From the IMG/VR virus record IMGVR_UViG_3300009129_001283, positions 357 through 64,356 of that record: a stretch of 64,000 nucleotides of DNA. One strand, given 5' to 3'. This document shows, piece after piece, positions 44,913 through 54,388 of the stretch; the stretch's first letter is position 1, and every line of letters begins with the position of its first letter. The notes under the pieces are model-generated. The model did no database searches. It had not been told where the DNA came from and saw nothing but the letters and a program-made list of their open reading frames with translations. The position numbers and the translations under genes are program-made. The stretch comes from a virus. Taxonomy: Duplodnaviria > Caudoviricetes.

Positions 44913-46853
44913 TCAGAAACACACGTCCTGAAAAATATCCCTTAAAATTTCAGTATATCGAGACGGGCTCGGTGGGTGAATATCAATCGTTCTGTCTGGA
45001 TCTCCGAAAGCTGCGGCAAGCCACGAGTTAAGAGAGCTCATCTGATCTATGAAATAGATCTCCAATTCATCTCCAGTTTCACACGAACCTATTTGGCAAG
45101 CTGTTACCTGAACTCCGATGTCTGATGGTTGCTGGCTGTAGCTCGTCTGTGGCCCTTCGTCACTAATGCTAATGACATACGGATACGCATCGCTTCTCCA
45201 CGGAATACCCAGAGGATTGAGCGGGTCTGTCACAGCCATCACAACGTCCGTTGTTCTTTCCCATCCGCCACCACTGCAACCAAGGCCAGACAGCAAGCTA
45301 GAAAGACCTGCAGCATCAACCATGCCGCTCTGTGTCATAACAACAGAGTTGCCATATGAATTCGTGTGCCACCTGCTTGGATGAATAACCAAGCCAAAGC
45401 GGTGCTCAGTCTCATCGAAGTCGGCAACATATGCTGCTATCCCCTGCTGCAGTGCCTCGATGTACGGACACATAGAGCCAGAAATATCTACAACAAAAAC
45501 CATATCCACCTTTTCGTGAGCGTTTAAGTCCTCATCAACCTCTCCATCACAATCATTATCAAGTTCATCGCAGACCTCTTCTTCGGGCCCGACCTCCCCA
45601 ATGCATTCTCCCCACTCGCCAACTTCGCAAGTTGAAGTTCCCATTTGACATTGGCCTATTCCATGTAGGTTTGGGTTATTCCCGCACATGGACACAATGC
45701 CGTCAATCTCTCCGTCACAATCATTATCCCAGTTATCGCAGATCTCTGGCTCGATGCCTTGGTAGATACATGGACCCCATATTCCCCACTCGTCACAAGT
45801 CTGTATTCCCCACCCACAGTTCACAATATTGCCTTCTGTGTCGTAAATATCTTGTCGGCACACCTGAACATCGTCCTTTATACAAAGGCATCCTTCGTCT
45901 ATCTCGCCATCACAATCGTTGTCAATGTAGTCGCAAAGCTCTACTGATGGTTGTGGTGCGTTGCAGTTTTCCCAGTTGCCCATTCGACATTTTTCCATGC
46001 CTTCTCCACAAATAGTCTCACATGGCTGGTAAAGGTTTTCATCTATTGTACCGTCACAGTCATCATCAAGGTTGTTGCACTGTTCGTTCTCTGGCATGAC
46101 TGCATCAAAACACTTTACATCTCCCTCGACACAATACTCCACCCCATAAGAGCAGATTCCAATATCATTGTATCCGCACATTCTTTGGGCCAACGTCATA
46201 AGCTCCATAGGATCATCGTCAATGACACCATCGCAGTCATTATCGATTCCATCACACCTTTCCTGCTCATCTAGCACTTGCCCCTCACAGTTCGTCATTT
46301 GCCCGTCAATGCATTTCATGATGCCAGTGGCACACGGAGTGGCCTCGGAGAAGATAACGTCGTCAGAGCCCGTCCAGCACGTCACAGGGGGTATCTCATC
46401 TACCTCCCCATTGCAATTGTCATCATAACCATTGCAAACCTCAGTTCTCATGGGCCTAACTTCTGGGTTTGTGTCGTCACAGTCTTGTGCGTTTAAGCAA
46501 GAGTCCATCGAATTGAACCCGTCGCCGTCTTTGTCTTCGGATAGACCATCGTCTATCAAGCCATTGCAATCATCATCCTTCTCATTGCACTCTTCGTCTT
46601 GCGATCCGACATAGCCTTCGCATGTAACAGAATAATCATCATTGTCACAGACTGTGGTGCCGAAAGAGCACTCTCCCTGATCAGTGAAGCCTTCAAGATC
46701 CTTGCCAACGAGCACACCTTCATCGGTACCGACGGCGCAAGGTTCAGGAGGTGGACAAAAACGTGTTAGTGGCTCATCGCACTGAGGGCATGCGGCAAGT
46801 GCCACCAACATAACTGCGCTTACTATAAAAAGCCTAGACAATTTTTTCCTCAT
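44913..46853 (-). CDS. Cys-rich lipoprotein with 7 MopE-like Ca/metal-binding repeats and C-terminal VWA domain (CglD-like architecture)
   Basis: Lipobox LAAC22; seven ExC(D/N)xxD(D/N)xC(D/N)GxxD repeats; VDISGSM MIDAS. Confidence 0.8.
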   Translation of the reverse strand: MRKKLSRLFIVSAVMLVALAACPQCDEPLTRFCPPPEPCAVGTDEGVLVGKDLEGFTDQGECSFGTTVCDNDDYSVTCEGYVGSQDEECNEKDDDCNGLIDDGLSEDKDGDGFNSMDSCLNAQDCDDTNPEVRPMRTEVCNGYDDNCNGEVDEIPPVTCWTGSDDVIFSEATPCATGIMKCIDGQMTNCEGQVLDEQERCDGIDNDCDGVIDDDPMELMTLAQRMCGYNDIGICSYGVEYCVEGDVKCFDAVMPENEQCNNLDDDCDGTIDENLYQPCETICGEGMEKCRMGNWENCNAPQPSVELCDYIDNDCDGEIDEGCLCIKDDVQVCRQDIYDTEGNIVNCGWGIQTCDEWGIWGPCIYQGIEPEICDNWDNDCDGEIDGIVSMCGNNPNLHGIGQCQMGTSTCEVGEWGECIGEVGPEEEVCDELDNDCDGEVDEDLNAHEKVDMVFVVDISGSMCPYIEALQQGIAAYVADFDETEHRFGLVIHPSRWHTNSYGNSVVMTQSGMVDAAGLSSLLSGLGCSGGGWERTTDVVMAVTDPLNPLGIPWRSDAYPYVISISDEGPQTSYSQQPSDIGVQVTACQIGSCETGDELEIYFIDQMSSLNSWLAAAFGDPDRTIDIHPPSPSRYTEILRDIFQDVCF

Positions 46854-46857
46854 AAAG

Positions 46858-46905
46858 TAAATATGATCAAAAACCAGTATAAATCACTTTCCTGAGCCTT
46901 GTCAA
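46858..46905 (-). promoter_or_regulatory. tandem sigma70-type promoter and late-type motif
   Basis: TTGACA-N18-TATACT, then ATATTTA 4 nt before ATG. Confidence 0.55.
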
Positions 46906-46917
46906 GCAGTTTTTTTA

Positions 46918-47112
46918 TTATTCTTCTTCAATATTGTCAAGAATTTCCACCCTAAGATCTTGTTTTTCCATGTCATTCAGATATCTTACCACAGTTTTGT
47001 GGGAAGCTTCAACAAAAACCTTTCCGTCAATATCACAATAATAGCAATACAGGCCGCCTTTACCTCGGCAAGTCATGCAATTGGTTCGGACGTAAAGTTT
47101 AGTCTTCGCCAA
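46918..47112 (-). CDS. small zinc-finger protein
   Basis: CMTCRGKG...CYYC. Confidence 0.55.
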   Translation of the reverse strand: MAKTKLYVRTNCMTCRGKGGLYCYYCDIDGKVFVEASHKTVVRYLNDMEKQDLRVEILDNIEEE

Positions 47113-47320
47113 GTTCCCTTCCTCTTCGTGCTTGAAGCTTCTTATTGAGACACTCTATCTCATCTGAAGCGGTTGTTTCAAACATGAAGGGCAAAACTCC
47201 GTGTATGAAACAGCAAACTGAAAGAGAAAGCAACTTACAAGAAAATAAGGTTGCTTTCTTCATGTGTTGTAAATAAGTCTCTCCAACGGAGCTCGGATGT
47301 TTTGTAAAGCTTGGTGCCAT
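47099..47320 (-). CDS. DUF6356-like small protein
   Basis: FTKHPSSVGETYLQH...IHGVLPFMFETTAS. Confidence 0.7.
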   Translation of the reverse strand: MAPSFTKHPSSVGETYLQHMKKATLFSCKLLSLSVCCFIHGVLPFMFETTASDEIECLNKKLQARRGRELGED

Positions 47321-47369
47321 ACAGTAAATATGGTTGCAAAAGTCTTTATTCAGAAAACTTCAAAGTTTC

Positions 47370-47996
47370 TCACAGTTCCCTTTTTATGTGCCGCTCTTCG
47401 CACTCGATGGTGGGGTATCTTTCTTTGCCGACAATGACGAGTCTATATTTCTTTGAACCCCTTGCGAAAGAACAGATGTGGTCGTAGTCGTTCTTTATCA
47501 CTACTGCCATCTTACCTCGGCGGTCTTGGTGGACAGTCCGGGCATCACGCAAAATGACCAAAGATCCCACAGAAAATTCTGGCTCTCTTGTGATTTCGTG
47601 ATATGCTTTGTTTGCGTATTTGTTGCTGCACATCTTTTCATATGCGGCGCGAGAAGGAACAAACTCTTCATCACTTAGGATGCGAGTTGAGAGAGACTCG
47701 TAGTACCCACCTGGGCCGTTGCGATATTGTTTGGCGATCACAATGGCCCTATCTCTGTGGCCTTTTTTATATTCCTCTTTCCATCTGCTATGTGCTTCTA
47801 TCACTTCTGGCTTCGTAAAACTTTCTATTCTCTCGAAAGCTCGATGCTGGCGCTCAGTGAGTCTCCCGAATGTATGGTAACTATTAGCGAGGGACTGTAA
47901 AAAGTCTATAATACTTTGGTCTTTGGGATCATTCTCCCTCTTAAAGCGGATGGCGTTTTCAATTCTGTCTCCCAATTCAACTTCAACTGCTTCCAT
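47370..47996 (-). CDS. hypothetical with C-terminal GDLV-type domain
   Basis: GRLTERQ; FSVGSLV...EERHIK. Confidence 0.65.
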   Translation of the reverse strand: MEAVEVELGDRIENAIRFKRENDPKDQSIIDFLQSLANSYHTFGRLTERQHRAFERIESFTKPEVIEAHSRWKEEYKKGHRDRAIVIAKQYRNGPGGYYESLSTRILSDEEFVPSRAAYEKMCSNKYANKAYHEITREPEFSVGSLVILRDARTVHQDRRGKMAVVIKNDYDHICSFARGSKKYRLVIVGKERYPTIECEERHIKREL

Positions 47997-48013
47997 ATTT
48001 TCCCCTATTAAAA

Positions 48014-48090
48014 TGGCACACCCGGCAGGACTCGAACCTGCAACCCTCGGCTTAGAAGGCCGATGCTCTATCCAGTTGAGCTACGGATGC
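48014..48090 (-). tRNA. tRNA-Arg (UCU)
   Basis: Cloverleaf, anticodon loop CT-TCT-AA, GGTTCGAGT T-arm, encoded CCA. Confidence 0.95.
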
Positions 48091-48169
48091 ACATAACTAC
48101 TCAAAGAAAGAAGAAACAACCCCGTAACAAAGAGGGTTGAAACCAACATTATCACAATATCTACAACCT

Positions 48170-48439
48170 TCATGTGCCGCACTCTTTATATTGAAGCTCC
48201 CACTGGCAGTCTTGTGAGCCATAGGCACAATAGTCATATCTGCAAGTGCCACCGTCGCTGGTGTCCAGTGTCCACGAGCAACAAACGCCATAAGAACTTG
48301 TCTCACACTCGTCGGGGCTCTCCTCGAAAGGGTATTCATGAGAACACTGAGGTGGTTCGGGGTCTGGTGCCGTAATGTATTCGGGCAGTGGCTCTAGGCA
48401 TGCGGTGGTAGCAAACGCTAACATTAAAATGGTTTTCAT
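48170..48439 (-). CDS. small Cys-rich lipoprotein
   Basis: MKTILMLAFATTAC lipobox; 8 further Cys. Confidence 0.65.
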   Translation of the reverse strand: MKTILMLAFATTACLEPLPEYITAPDPEPPQCSHEYPFEESPDECETSSYGVCCSWTLDTSDGGTCRYDYCAYGSQDCQWELQYKECGT

Positions 48440-48462
48440 ATTGTTGTCTCCAAAAGTGATCT

Positions 48463-48921
48463 CTATTTTCTCTTTATAGTATAGTACACATTCATCACTC
48501 TGTCAACATAATTCCGGCGCAGCTTCTTAAAGCAAGTGTTTCCGGCGTTGTACGCGCACAAAGCCAGTTCAACATCCCCCTTGGCTCTGCCCATCCAGTA
48601 GTTTAATGCTCGGCATCCAGCAACAATCCCTACCTTGGGATCTTTTAATTCCTCGCAAGTGTAGAGACTCCCGTCTGGCTTGGGGTGCCACTTCGGGATG
48701 ACCTGCATCAGCCCACAGGCACCAGCTTCGCTTTCTGCTCTGGGGTACCAGCTACTTTCAATTTGTATTACTGCAGCAACAAGCTCCGGCTCCAAGTTAT
48801 TCTGGGAGGCGTTGTGTATAATGATTGGGGTTAGTTCTTTTATTTTCTTTTCTGCAGTGGAGGTGTGCGATGCCATGAATGCTAAGACAATCGCACTAGA
48901 CAAATTCGACACCAAACTCAC
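48463..48921 (-). CDS. lytic transglycosylase (SLT domain)
   Basis: IQIESS, GACGLMQV and AYNAG motifs; hydrophobic N-terminus. Confidence 0.9.
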   Translation of the reverse strand: MSLVSNLSSAIVLAFMASHTSTAEKKIKELTPIIIHNASQNNLEPELVAAVIQIESSWYPRAESEAGACGLMQVIPKWHPKPDGSLYTCEELKDPKVGIVAGCRALNYWMGRAKGDVELALCAYNAGNTCFKKLRRNYVDRVMNVYYTIKRK

Positions 48922-49205
48922 GCTTCACCGTCTTTCTCCGTAATGTACAGGCCAGAAGCTTTTGCGATCATGTCCATCCCTGCCTTTTCTGCTGTTTCCT
49001 TTAGACCGCGAATTTGGTCATGAGATACGCCAGAGTCCAACAACTTCCGATGCATGAGTTCGCCGATCATTTGGTTTGCAGCGAAGATATAAACAAAGCC
49101 AGCCAACGAGTCGGTGTGGCCCTCTGCCATGAGGATCGAGAGGATCTTTGTGTATACCTCCTCTACCTTATGTATATCAAACTCGTTTTCTGGTTTTTTC
49201 CACAT
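48918..49205 (-). CDS. hypothetical
   Basis: Start set at MWKKPE. Confidence 0.55.
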   Translation of the reverse strand: MWKKPENEFDIHKVEEVYTKILSILMAEGHTDSLAGFVYIFAANQMIGELMHRKLLDSGVSHDQIRGLKETAEKAGMDMIAKASGLYITEKDGEA

Positions 49206-49206
49206 A

Positions 49207-49686
49207 TTATTGGCTATTGCTCTTCTTTTTTCGCGTGGTCTTTTTCTTAGTGGCTGGCTGCTGGGTCTTCTCAATCTCGCTCTTCAGCCTCTCAATAATC
49301 TCTTCTCGCCCCTTTATGAGTTCATTGAACTCCTCGGTGCGGTCATTTAGCGCATCCAGATATTCTTTCTTCAGTTGCTCGGAACGCTCTTCCAGCAGTT
49401 CTTCGACCCTTTGTGAAAGTTCCTCCTCTTGGAGCTTCGCCGTTATTTGCTCATAGCTGTCCACATACCGAGAAAGCGTCACCAGCTTATCGGAAGCTTG
49501 CACCAAAGACTCTAAACACTTATCCAGTCTCTCCTTGCAGAGTTCTGTCTTTTTTTCATCCGCAACTTCAAGAGTAGCTATCTCGACAACAAGGTCGGAC
49601 AACAAAGAGCCGGCCTCCTCTTTTAGCTTGTTCATTTCATACGGTATCTTTTCGATGTCTATTTCATAACTCATTCTTACCTTCAT
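49207..49686 (-). CDS. coiled-coil hypothetical
   Basis: GGAG SD. Confidence 0.6.
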   Translation of the reverse strand: MKVRMSYEIDIEKIPYEMNKLKEEAGSLLSDLVVEIATLEVADEKKTELCKERLDKCLESLVQASDKLVTLSRYVDSYEQITAKLQEEELSQRVEELLEERSEQLKKEYLDALNDRTEEFNELIKGREEIIERLKSEIEKTQQPATKKKTTRKKKSNSQ

Positions 49687-49707
49687 GTTATCTCTCCATT
49701 GTGTGTA

Positions 49708-50016
49708 TTATTGCATTATCCCAAAAAAGTCTTTTACGAAGAATGTCACGAGGCTTACCATGCCAGTAATAAGCATGTAGGTCATCTTGGTTGAAGTGGC
49801 TTTCCATTGCTCCAAGTCTCTTATTCGAGCATATATTCCTTGATCTGGGCCATAGATAGACTCTCTTACTTTTTGAAGTGCCTGATTGCTTTCTTCTTGT
49901 TTTTCTTTTAACTCGTCTATTTTCATGTTCAGAACATCAAGTTTTCCGCCAAACTCCGCTAAAACAGTTCTTATGTCCTTATATTCATCACCTTGCATGG
50001 TATCATCCTCCGACAC
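49708..50016 (-). CDS. coiled-coil plus C-terminal TM protein (holin/XhlA-like)
   Basis: GIYARIRDLEQW then TM helix; late motif 3 nt upstream. Confidence 0.55.
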   Translation of the reverse strand: MSEDDTMQGDEYKDIRTVLAEFGGKLDVLNMKIDELKEKQEESNQALQKVRESIYGPDQGIYARIRDLEQWKATSTKMTYMLITGMVSLVTFFVKDFFGIMQ

Positions 50017-50027
50017 CTATAAATAGT
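50013..50027 (-). promoter_or_regulatory. late-type motif ACTATTTATAGGTGT
   Basis: Identical 15-mer at 55822-55836. Confidence 0.6.
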
Positions 50028-50035
50028 TTGTCGCA

Positions 50036-51613
50036 CTAGGACTTATCATCAACAATAGCATATTTTGTGTTTAACAAAGTCGATGCCGCAGACGATGCAT
50101 TGAGCAAGGCATTTTTTGTAACCTTCACCGGATCTAGCACTCCGCTCTCCACGAGATCTTCGTATTTTTGTGTTGAAAAATTATAACCATAGCTCGAATC
50201 TTTGTTCTTGTTGATGTTCTCAATAATAACATCTGCACTAACTCCGGAGTTCTTTGCCATCTGTTGTATGGGATGAGAACACGCTCTGGCGACAATATCC
50301 AAGCCGCACCTTTGCTCGGCGTTATCGAATGTCACGCTCTTTAACAAAGAACTACTTCTTAGCAGAGCAATACCTCCACCTGGAATGACACCTTCTTCCT
50401 GAGCCGACTTAACTGCCTCAAGGGAGTCTTCTATTCTGTGCTTCTTTTCTACCATTTCGATCTCAGTTGGTGCACCCACATTGATGATGGCAACACCAGC
50501 AGCAAGGCGACTTAATCTCTCCTGCAACGTGTGGCACGAGCTGATATCGTCCAGAGCATCTATCTCCGTCTTTATTTCCGAGATCTTTTTCTCTACCTCT
50601 TCCGGATCACCACTGCCTCCAATAAACGTAGTTTCAAACTTGCTGGACTCGACGTGCTTTACTGCGCCAAAGTGCTCCAACTTAACCTCTCGCAAAGAAA
50701 CCCCAGACTCTCTGGAGATAAGCGTAGCTCCGACAGAGGCACACAAGTCTTTCATTATGTTTCTCCGCTCCTCACCGTATCTTGGTGCCTTCACTGCAGC
50801 AACCTTCATCGTGCCGCGAATAGAATTCATGATAAGCGCCGCGAGTGCCTGTCCTTCGATATTATCAGCGACCACAATGAACGGGCGTTTATCTCTGGCG
50901 GCTATTTCCAATGACGGGAGGATGTCTTCAACTGCCTCTACCTGCTCATCTGTCACCAGCACCAGTGCGTTGTCGTATTTGAGAAGACCTCGACGTTCGT
51001 CAGTGGCAAAGGAAGCAGCAACGATGCCACTATCAAAACGAAATCCCTCGACAACCTCAAGGTGCGTGTCGTTTGTTCGCCCTTCTCGGATTGAAATAGA
51101 GCCATCAACGCCGATAAGCTCAATGGCTTTACCAATAAGCTCTCCGATAGTTTTGTCGCCGTTGGCCGAGATGGTTGCGATATTGATAATATCTTCCAAA
51201 CTCTCAACAGGCTTGGCCTCTTGAGACAAGCCCTCGCATACAATCTCAACCGCCTTATCAATGCCGCGCTTGATTTCCGTGGGCGAATAGCCAGAGGCAA
51301 TATACTTCTGGGCCTCGATCATAATGGCCCTAGTGAGAATGGTGGCTGTCGTTGTGCCGTCTCCTGCAACTGCATTGGTCTGGCGAGATGACTGCTTGAC
51401 AATTTGAGCACCAAGGTTCTCGAAGGGATCTTCCAGATCCACAAACTCGGCCACAGTAACGCCATCCTTGGTGATGATAGGTTGGCCACCCTTGCCCTGT
51501 AAAATGACGTTCTGTCCTCGTGGGCCCAAGGTGCTGGCTACATTGTCAGCCAGCTTGTTGATCCCCTCTAGTATTTTATTTCGTAAGCTCTGGTTATCGT
51601 CATATACTTTCAT
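50036..51613 (-). CDS. groL: chaperonin GroEL
   Basis: TLGPRG, ITKDGVTVA, GDGTTTAT, PGGG, GVLDPVKV; start at MKVYDD because the longer ORF overlaps the tRNA. Confidence 0.95.
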   Translation of the reverse strand: MKVYDDNQSLRNKILEGINKLADNVASTLGPRGQNVILQGKGGQPIITKDGVTVAEFVDLEDPFENLGAQIVKQSSRQTNAVAGDGTTTATILTRAIMIEAQKYIASGYSPTEIKRGIDKAVEIVCEGLSQEAKPVESLEDIINIATISANGDKTIGELIGKAIELIGVDGSISIREGRTNDTHLEVVEGFRFDSGIVAASFATDERRGLLKYDNALVLVTDEQVEAVEDILPSLEIAARDKRPFIVVADNIEGQALAALIMNSIRGTMKVAAVKAPRYGEERRNIMKDLCASVGATLISRESGVSLREVKLEHFGAVKHVESSKFETTFIGGSGDPEEVEKKISEIKTEIDALDDISSCHTLQERLSRLAAGVAIINVGAPTEIEMVEKKHRIEDSLEAVKSAQEEGVIPGGGIALLRSSSLLKSVTFDNAEQRCGLDIVARACSHPIQQMAKNSGVSADVIIENINKNKDSSYGYNFSTQKYEDLVESGVLDPVKVTKNALLNASSAASTLLNTKYAIVDDKS

Positions 51614-51635
51614 CCTGTGGCCTTTCGTTAGGAGG

Positions 51636-51711
51636 TGGAGCGAGAGACGAGCTTCGAACTCGCAACATTCTGCTTGGAAGGCAGACACTCTACCAATTGA
51701 GTTACTCTCGC
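51636..51711 (-). tRNA. tRNA-Gly (UCC)
   Basis: GCGAGAG acceptor, anticodon loop CT-TCC-AA, GTTCGAA, encoded CCA. Confidence 0.95.
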
Positions 51712-51739
51712 AAAAAAAGCAGGACAAAATGCCCTGCTT
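51712..51739 (-). terminator. rho-independent terminator-like hairpin
   Basis: AGCAGGGCA-ttt-TGTCCTGCT followed by a T run. Confidence 0.65.
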
Positions 51740-51778
51740 CTATTATAAACACATTTTTTGGAAAGTAAAGTCTTATTT

Positions 51779-53626
51779 CTAATTTTCTTCCGAGCCGTAG
51801 CCGCGCTCTTTTCCAGACTCGTAAGATTCTACTTCCGTCTTAATCTTCTCCGCTACATTGCTAGCATTTTTTCTAGCTTCCTGCCCTTTGGCAATAGCCT
51901 TGTTTCTGGACGCCTCCCCTTCAGGGGCAAAGAAATATCCATTAACATTCTCGGACAAAGCCTGAACTTCTTCAAAAATTCCAGCGAGGCTTTTCTCTAA
52001 GATATCAATATATCTTGATGCCATGCGCTTGAGTGCCTCGCCTGAATAGGGGAGTGTCCCAATTGTTTCATGGTCGATGCCCGGTATTGTTGGAAGCTGT
52101 GCGGTTGTAATGTTCCACTGTGTTCCGCCTGCGCCTTCAGTGAGGAGTTCTGCTTGCTCTTGTTGGTGTTCCCAAAGAGCTCTGTTTTCCTCTACGGTAA
52201 AAAAGGTCTTATCTTCTTGAACGGTGTGACCAATCTTACCAAGCAAAGCTCTAAAAAAATCTGAAAATGTTTTTACTTGCCCACTGTCATACTCGCTCTT
52301 GACGAGCCTCAAGTAATTCTTTTCGAATTTTCTTGTCAGCTTGCCCACTTTCTTTTCCAATGACTGCCTCCATGCGGAGACTCCCTCTTCCGGATAGAAT
52401 TGTTTAAAATATTCGTCCATGTCTCGAACAAGCTTCAATATACGAGAGTCTAGCATCTCCTCTGGGCCGCTCAGAGACTTCCATTGTGCCATAAGAGCTT
52501 TTTCAACTTTTAAAACTCTTCTAAAATATAGCTCGAACTTCTCAGTTCTCTCTGGTGCGCCCCAGCGAGTTGGGTCGTTAAACGCTAGATCGGGGTTTCC
52601 GAAGTCGCGACCAGTTCCGTCATCAGCAACATCGTCCTTTGTTTTTGTTTCTGCGCTCCTGGTGTATCCCTTTGTCATCTTCAGGAGGTTATAAGCGCCC
52701 TCCTCATCGTTCGCCTCGATTGCAGACTGGATCTTCCTTATCATGCCATCGGCAGACCTTGCGATCCTACCAGATTTGGGAGCAAATAATTTAGCACCCG
52801 ATGCAGAAAGCTTGCCTTGCTCGACATAGGCGATTGCATTGATGAAGTTGTTTTTCCTAAGTTCAAAAGATTCCAAAGACATCTCTTTTCCGTCCTTGCG
52901 AGCGATCACATACAACATTCCATTTGGCCAGTCTGTCCACAGTGCATCTACTAGGTTTGTATAACTCCCCTCGATGTCCGTCCCTTGGCCAAGAAGCTTG
53001 AGGCTGACTGGCTTCGAGCCGCCTGAAGTCTTAATGGTCGTGAAAGCAACCAAATCCTCAATAGGTAGGTTTCCTTTTTCCGATCTTTCAGATCTCTGCT
53101 CGCCCTGAAAAAGTGCTGCTAAGAAGCCCTCGAAAACAAAACCCGCAGAAGCCTCGTTGAAGCTCCTGATAACTGCAGTAAGTGACTCAAGGGCAATAAG
53201 ACCTGCTAAAATTTCCCTAACGCCTCCGCGAGAGCCGATGGTACCCTTGGGGTTATAAATAACTGTATTGAAGTTTTGAAGGCGTTGGGCCACTGTTGCA
53301 CCGCCACGAGATAGGGCTTTGAAGATACTATTAATCTGCTTTCTTTCCATAGACCTTGGGTCGCCCCAAGCCTCGGTGGGGGTATACTTCGGGAGCGATA
53401 GAATAAACTGCTTTACCCTCGCAGCCTTAGTCTTGGCTTTGGCCTCTGTCTTGGGCTCTTCCTTTTTAAACTTTTGCTCCTTAGCCGAGTTCCACGACTC
53501 ATTCACAAGAGTGGGCATGTCATCCATTATGCTCTCGATGAGTTCTTGCAATCCTGGCGCATCCTCATAGGTCTTGGCCTTGCTCTTTTCTTCATAATAT
53601 TTTTTAATGTTTTTATCCCAACTCAT
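51779..53626 (-). CDS. large hypothetical, possible PD-(D/E)xK-like central domain
   Basis: GFVFEGFLA...PIED...SLK; LVNE and LLTE sites. Confidence 0.6.
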   Translation of the reverse strand: MSWDKNIKKYYEEKSKAKTYEDAPGLQELIESIMDDMPTLVNESWNSAKEQKFKKEEPKTEAKAKTKAARVKQFILSLPKYTPTEAWGDPRSMERKQINSIFKALSRGGATVAQRLQNFNTVIYNPKGTIGSRGGVREILAGLIALESLTAVIRSFNEASAGFVFEGFLAALFQGEQRSERSEKGNLPIEDLVAFTTIKTSGGSKPVSLKLLGQGTDIEGSYTNLVDALWTDWPNGMLYVIARKDGKEMSLESFELRKNNFINAIAYVEQGKLSASGAKLFAPKSGRIARSADGMIRKIQSAIEANDEEGAYNLLKMTKGYTRSAETKTKDDVADDGTGRDFGNPDLAFNDPTRWGAPERTEKFELYFRRVLKVEKALMAQWKSLSGPEEMLDSRILKLVRDMDEYFKQFYPEEGVSAWRQSLEKKVGKLTRKFEKNYLRLVKSEYDSGQVKTFSDFFRALLGKIGHTVQEDKTFFTVEENRALWEHQQEQAELLTEGAGGTQWNITTAQLPTIPGIDHETIGTLPYSGEALKRMASRYIDILEKSLAGIFEEVQALSENVNGYFFAPEGEASRNKAIAKGQEARKNASNVAEKIKTEVESYESGKERGYGSEEN

Positions 53627-53635
53627 AGTTGTTCC

Positions 53636-54388
53636 TCACTTTTTGAATAGCTTTGAAAAGTCGAACCCCAAAGGGTCTGTTTTGTTTGATGAAATATGAT
53701 AATGCCCAAGCACTCCCTTAAACTTCTGAGGGTCTTTGATGACACCCTTCCACGAGGGCGTAACAATGGGGAGGCTATAATGAGCGCACAGTGTGCCGAC
53801 GAGGGCCCTTAGTGCGGCTTCTTGCTCTGGATAGAAACCAAGACGCTCTGACCTCTCAACACCATGAACCTTCTCTGCTCTCCACAGTGGCCTTGGCTTG
53901 TCCTTGTCTTGGTATTTTAGATAGACTGGGTTTGCTACCTCAATGCCGACGCTTTGTGTGTTCACGCCACGGGCATGCCAAGCAATATCGTTGGCATCCA
54001 TTAGTTGTATTATCGTTCCGTCAGTGTCGATACAGAAGTGGACTGACAGGCCACGGTTCTTAATTACGCGATGACACATCTCTGAGTCTAGGCAACCATC
54101 CCAATGAACCACCACACTTCTCACTCGGCGTCGGGACGTTCTCATTCTCATGTTGTCCTCCGGCAGACTCCACTTTGGCTCCTCTTTGAAGGTTACAACC
54201 TTATCCCACTCTACTGGAATTTCTTTATCGTCAATAATAATTGAAGATTTCATTTCTTGCTCTCCGAACCCACCCTCTTCTGGTGTAGTATATAGTGCCT
54301 CGGAGCTCCTAATCGTTATTTTTGGTCTTTTTCTTGCGGGACTTATAATGCTTAGGAGGGTCTGTAGGAATGTAAACAATGTTTCCAT
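53636..54388 (-). CDS. N-acetylmuramoyl-L-alanine amidase (Amidase_2)
   Basis: VVVHWD, SVHFCID, AWHA, SVGIE, GHYH...KTDP. Confidence 0.88.
   Translation of the reverse strand: METLFTFLQTLLSIISPARKRPKITIRSSEALYTTPEEGGFGEQEMKSSIIIDDKEIPVEWDKVVTFKEEPKWSLPEDNMRMRTSRRRVRSVVVHWDGCLDSEMCHRVIKNRGLSVHFCIDTDGTIIQLMDANDIAWHARGVNTQSVGIEVANPVYLKYQDKDKPRPLWRAEKVHGVERSERLGFYPEQEAALRALVGTLCAHYSLPIVTPSWKGVIKDPQKFKGVLGHYHISSNKTDPLGFDFSKLFKK

Noticed and set aside
48014-48090. tRNA as a prophage attachment site
   Set aside because: No duplicated tRNA 3' end and no integrase; phage-like genes continue on both sides.
51614-51727. 38-aa N-terminal extension of GroEL in the ORF track
   Set aside because: It overlaps a complete tRNA-Gly; GroEL homology begins at MKVYDD.
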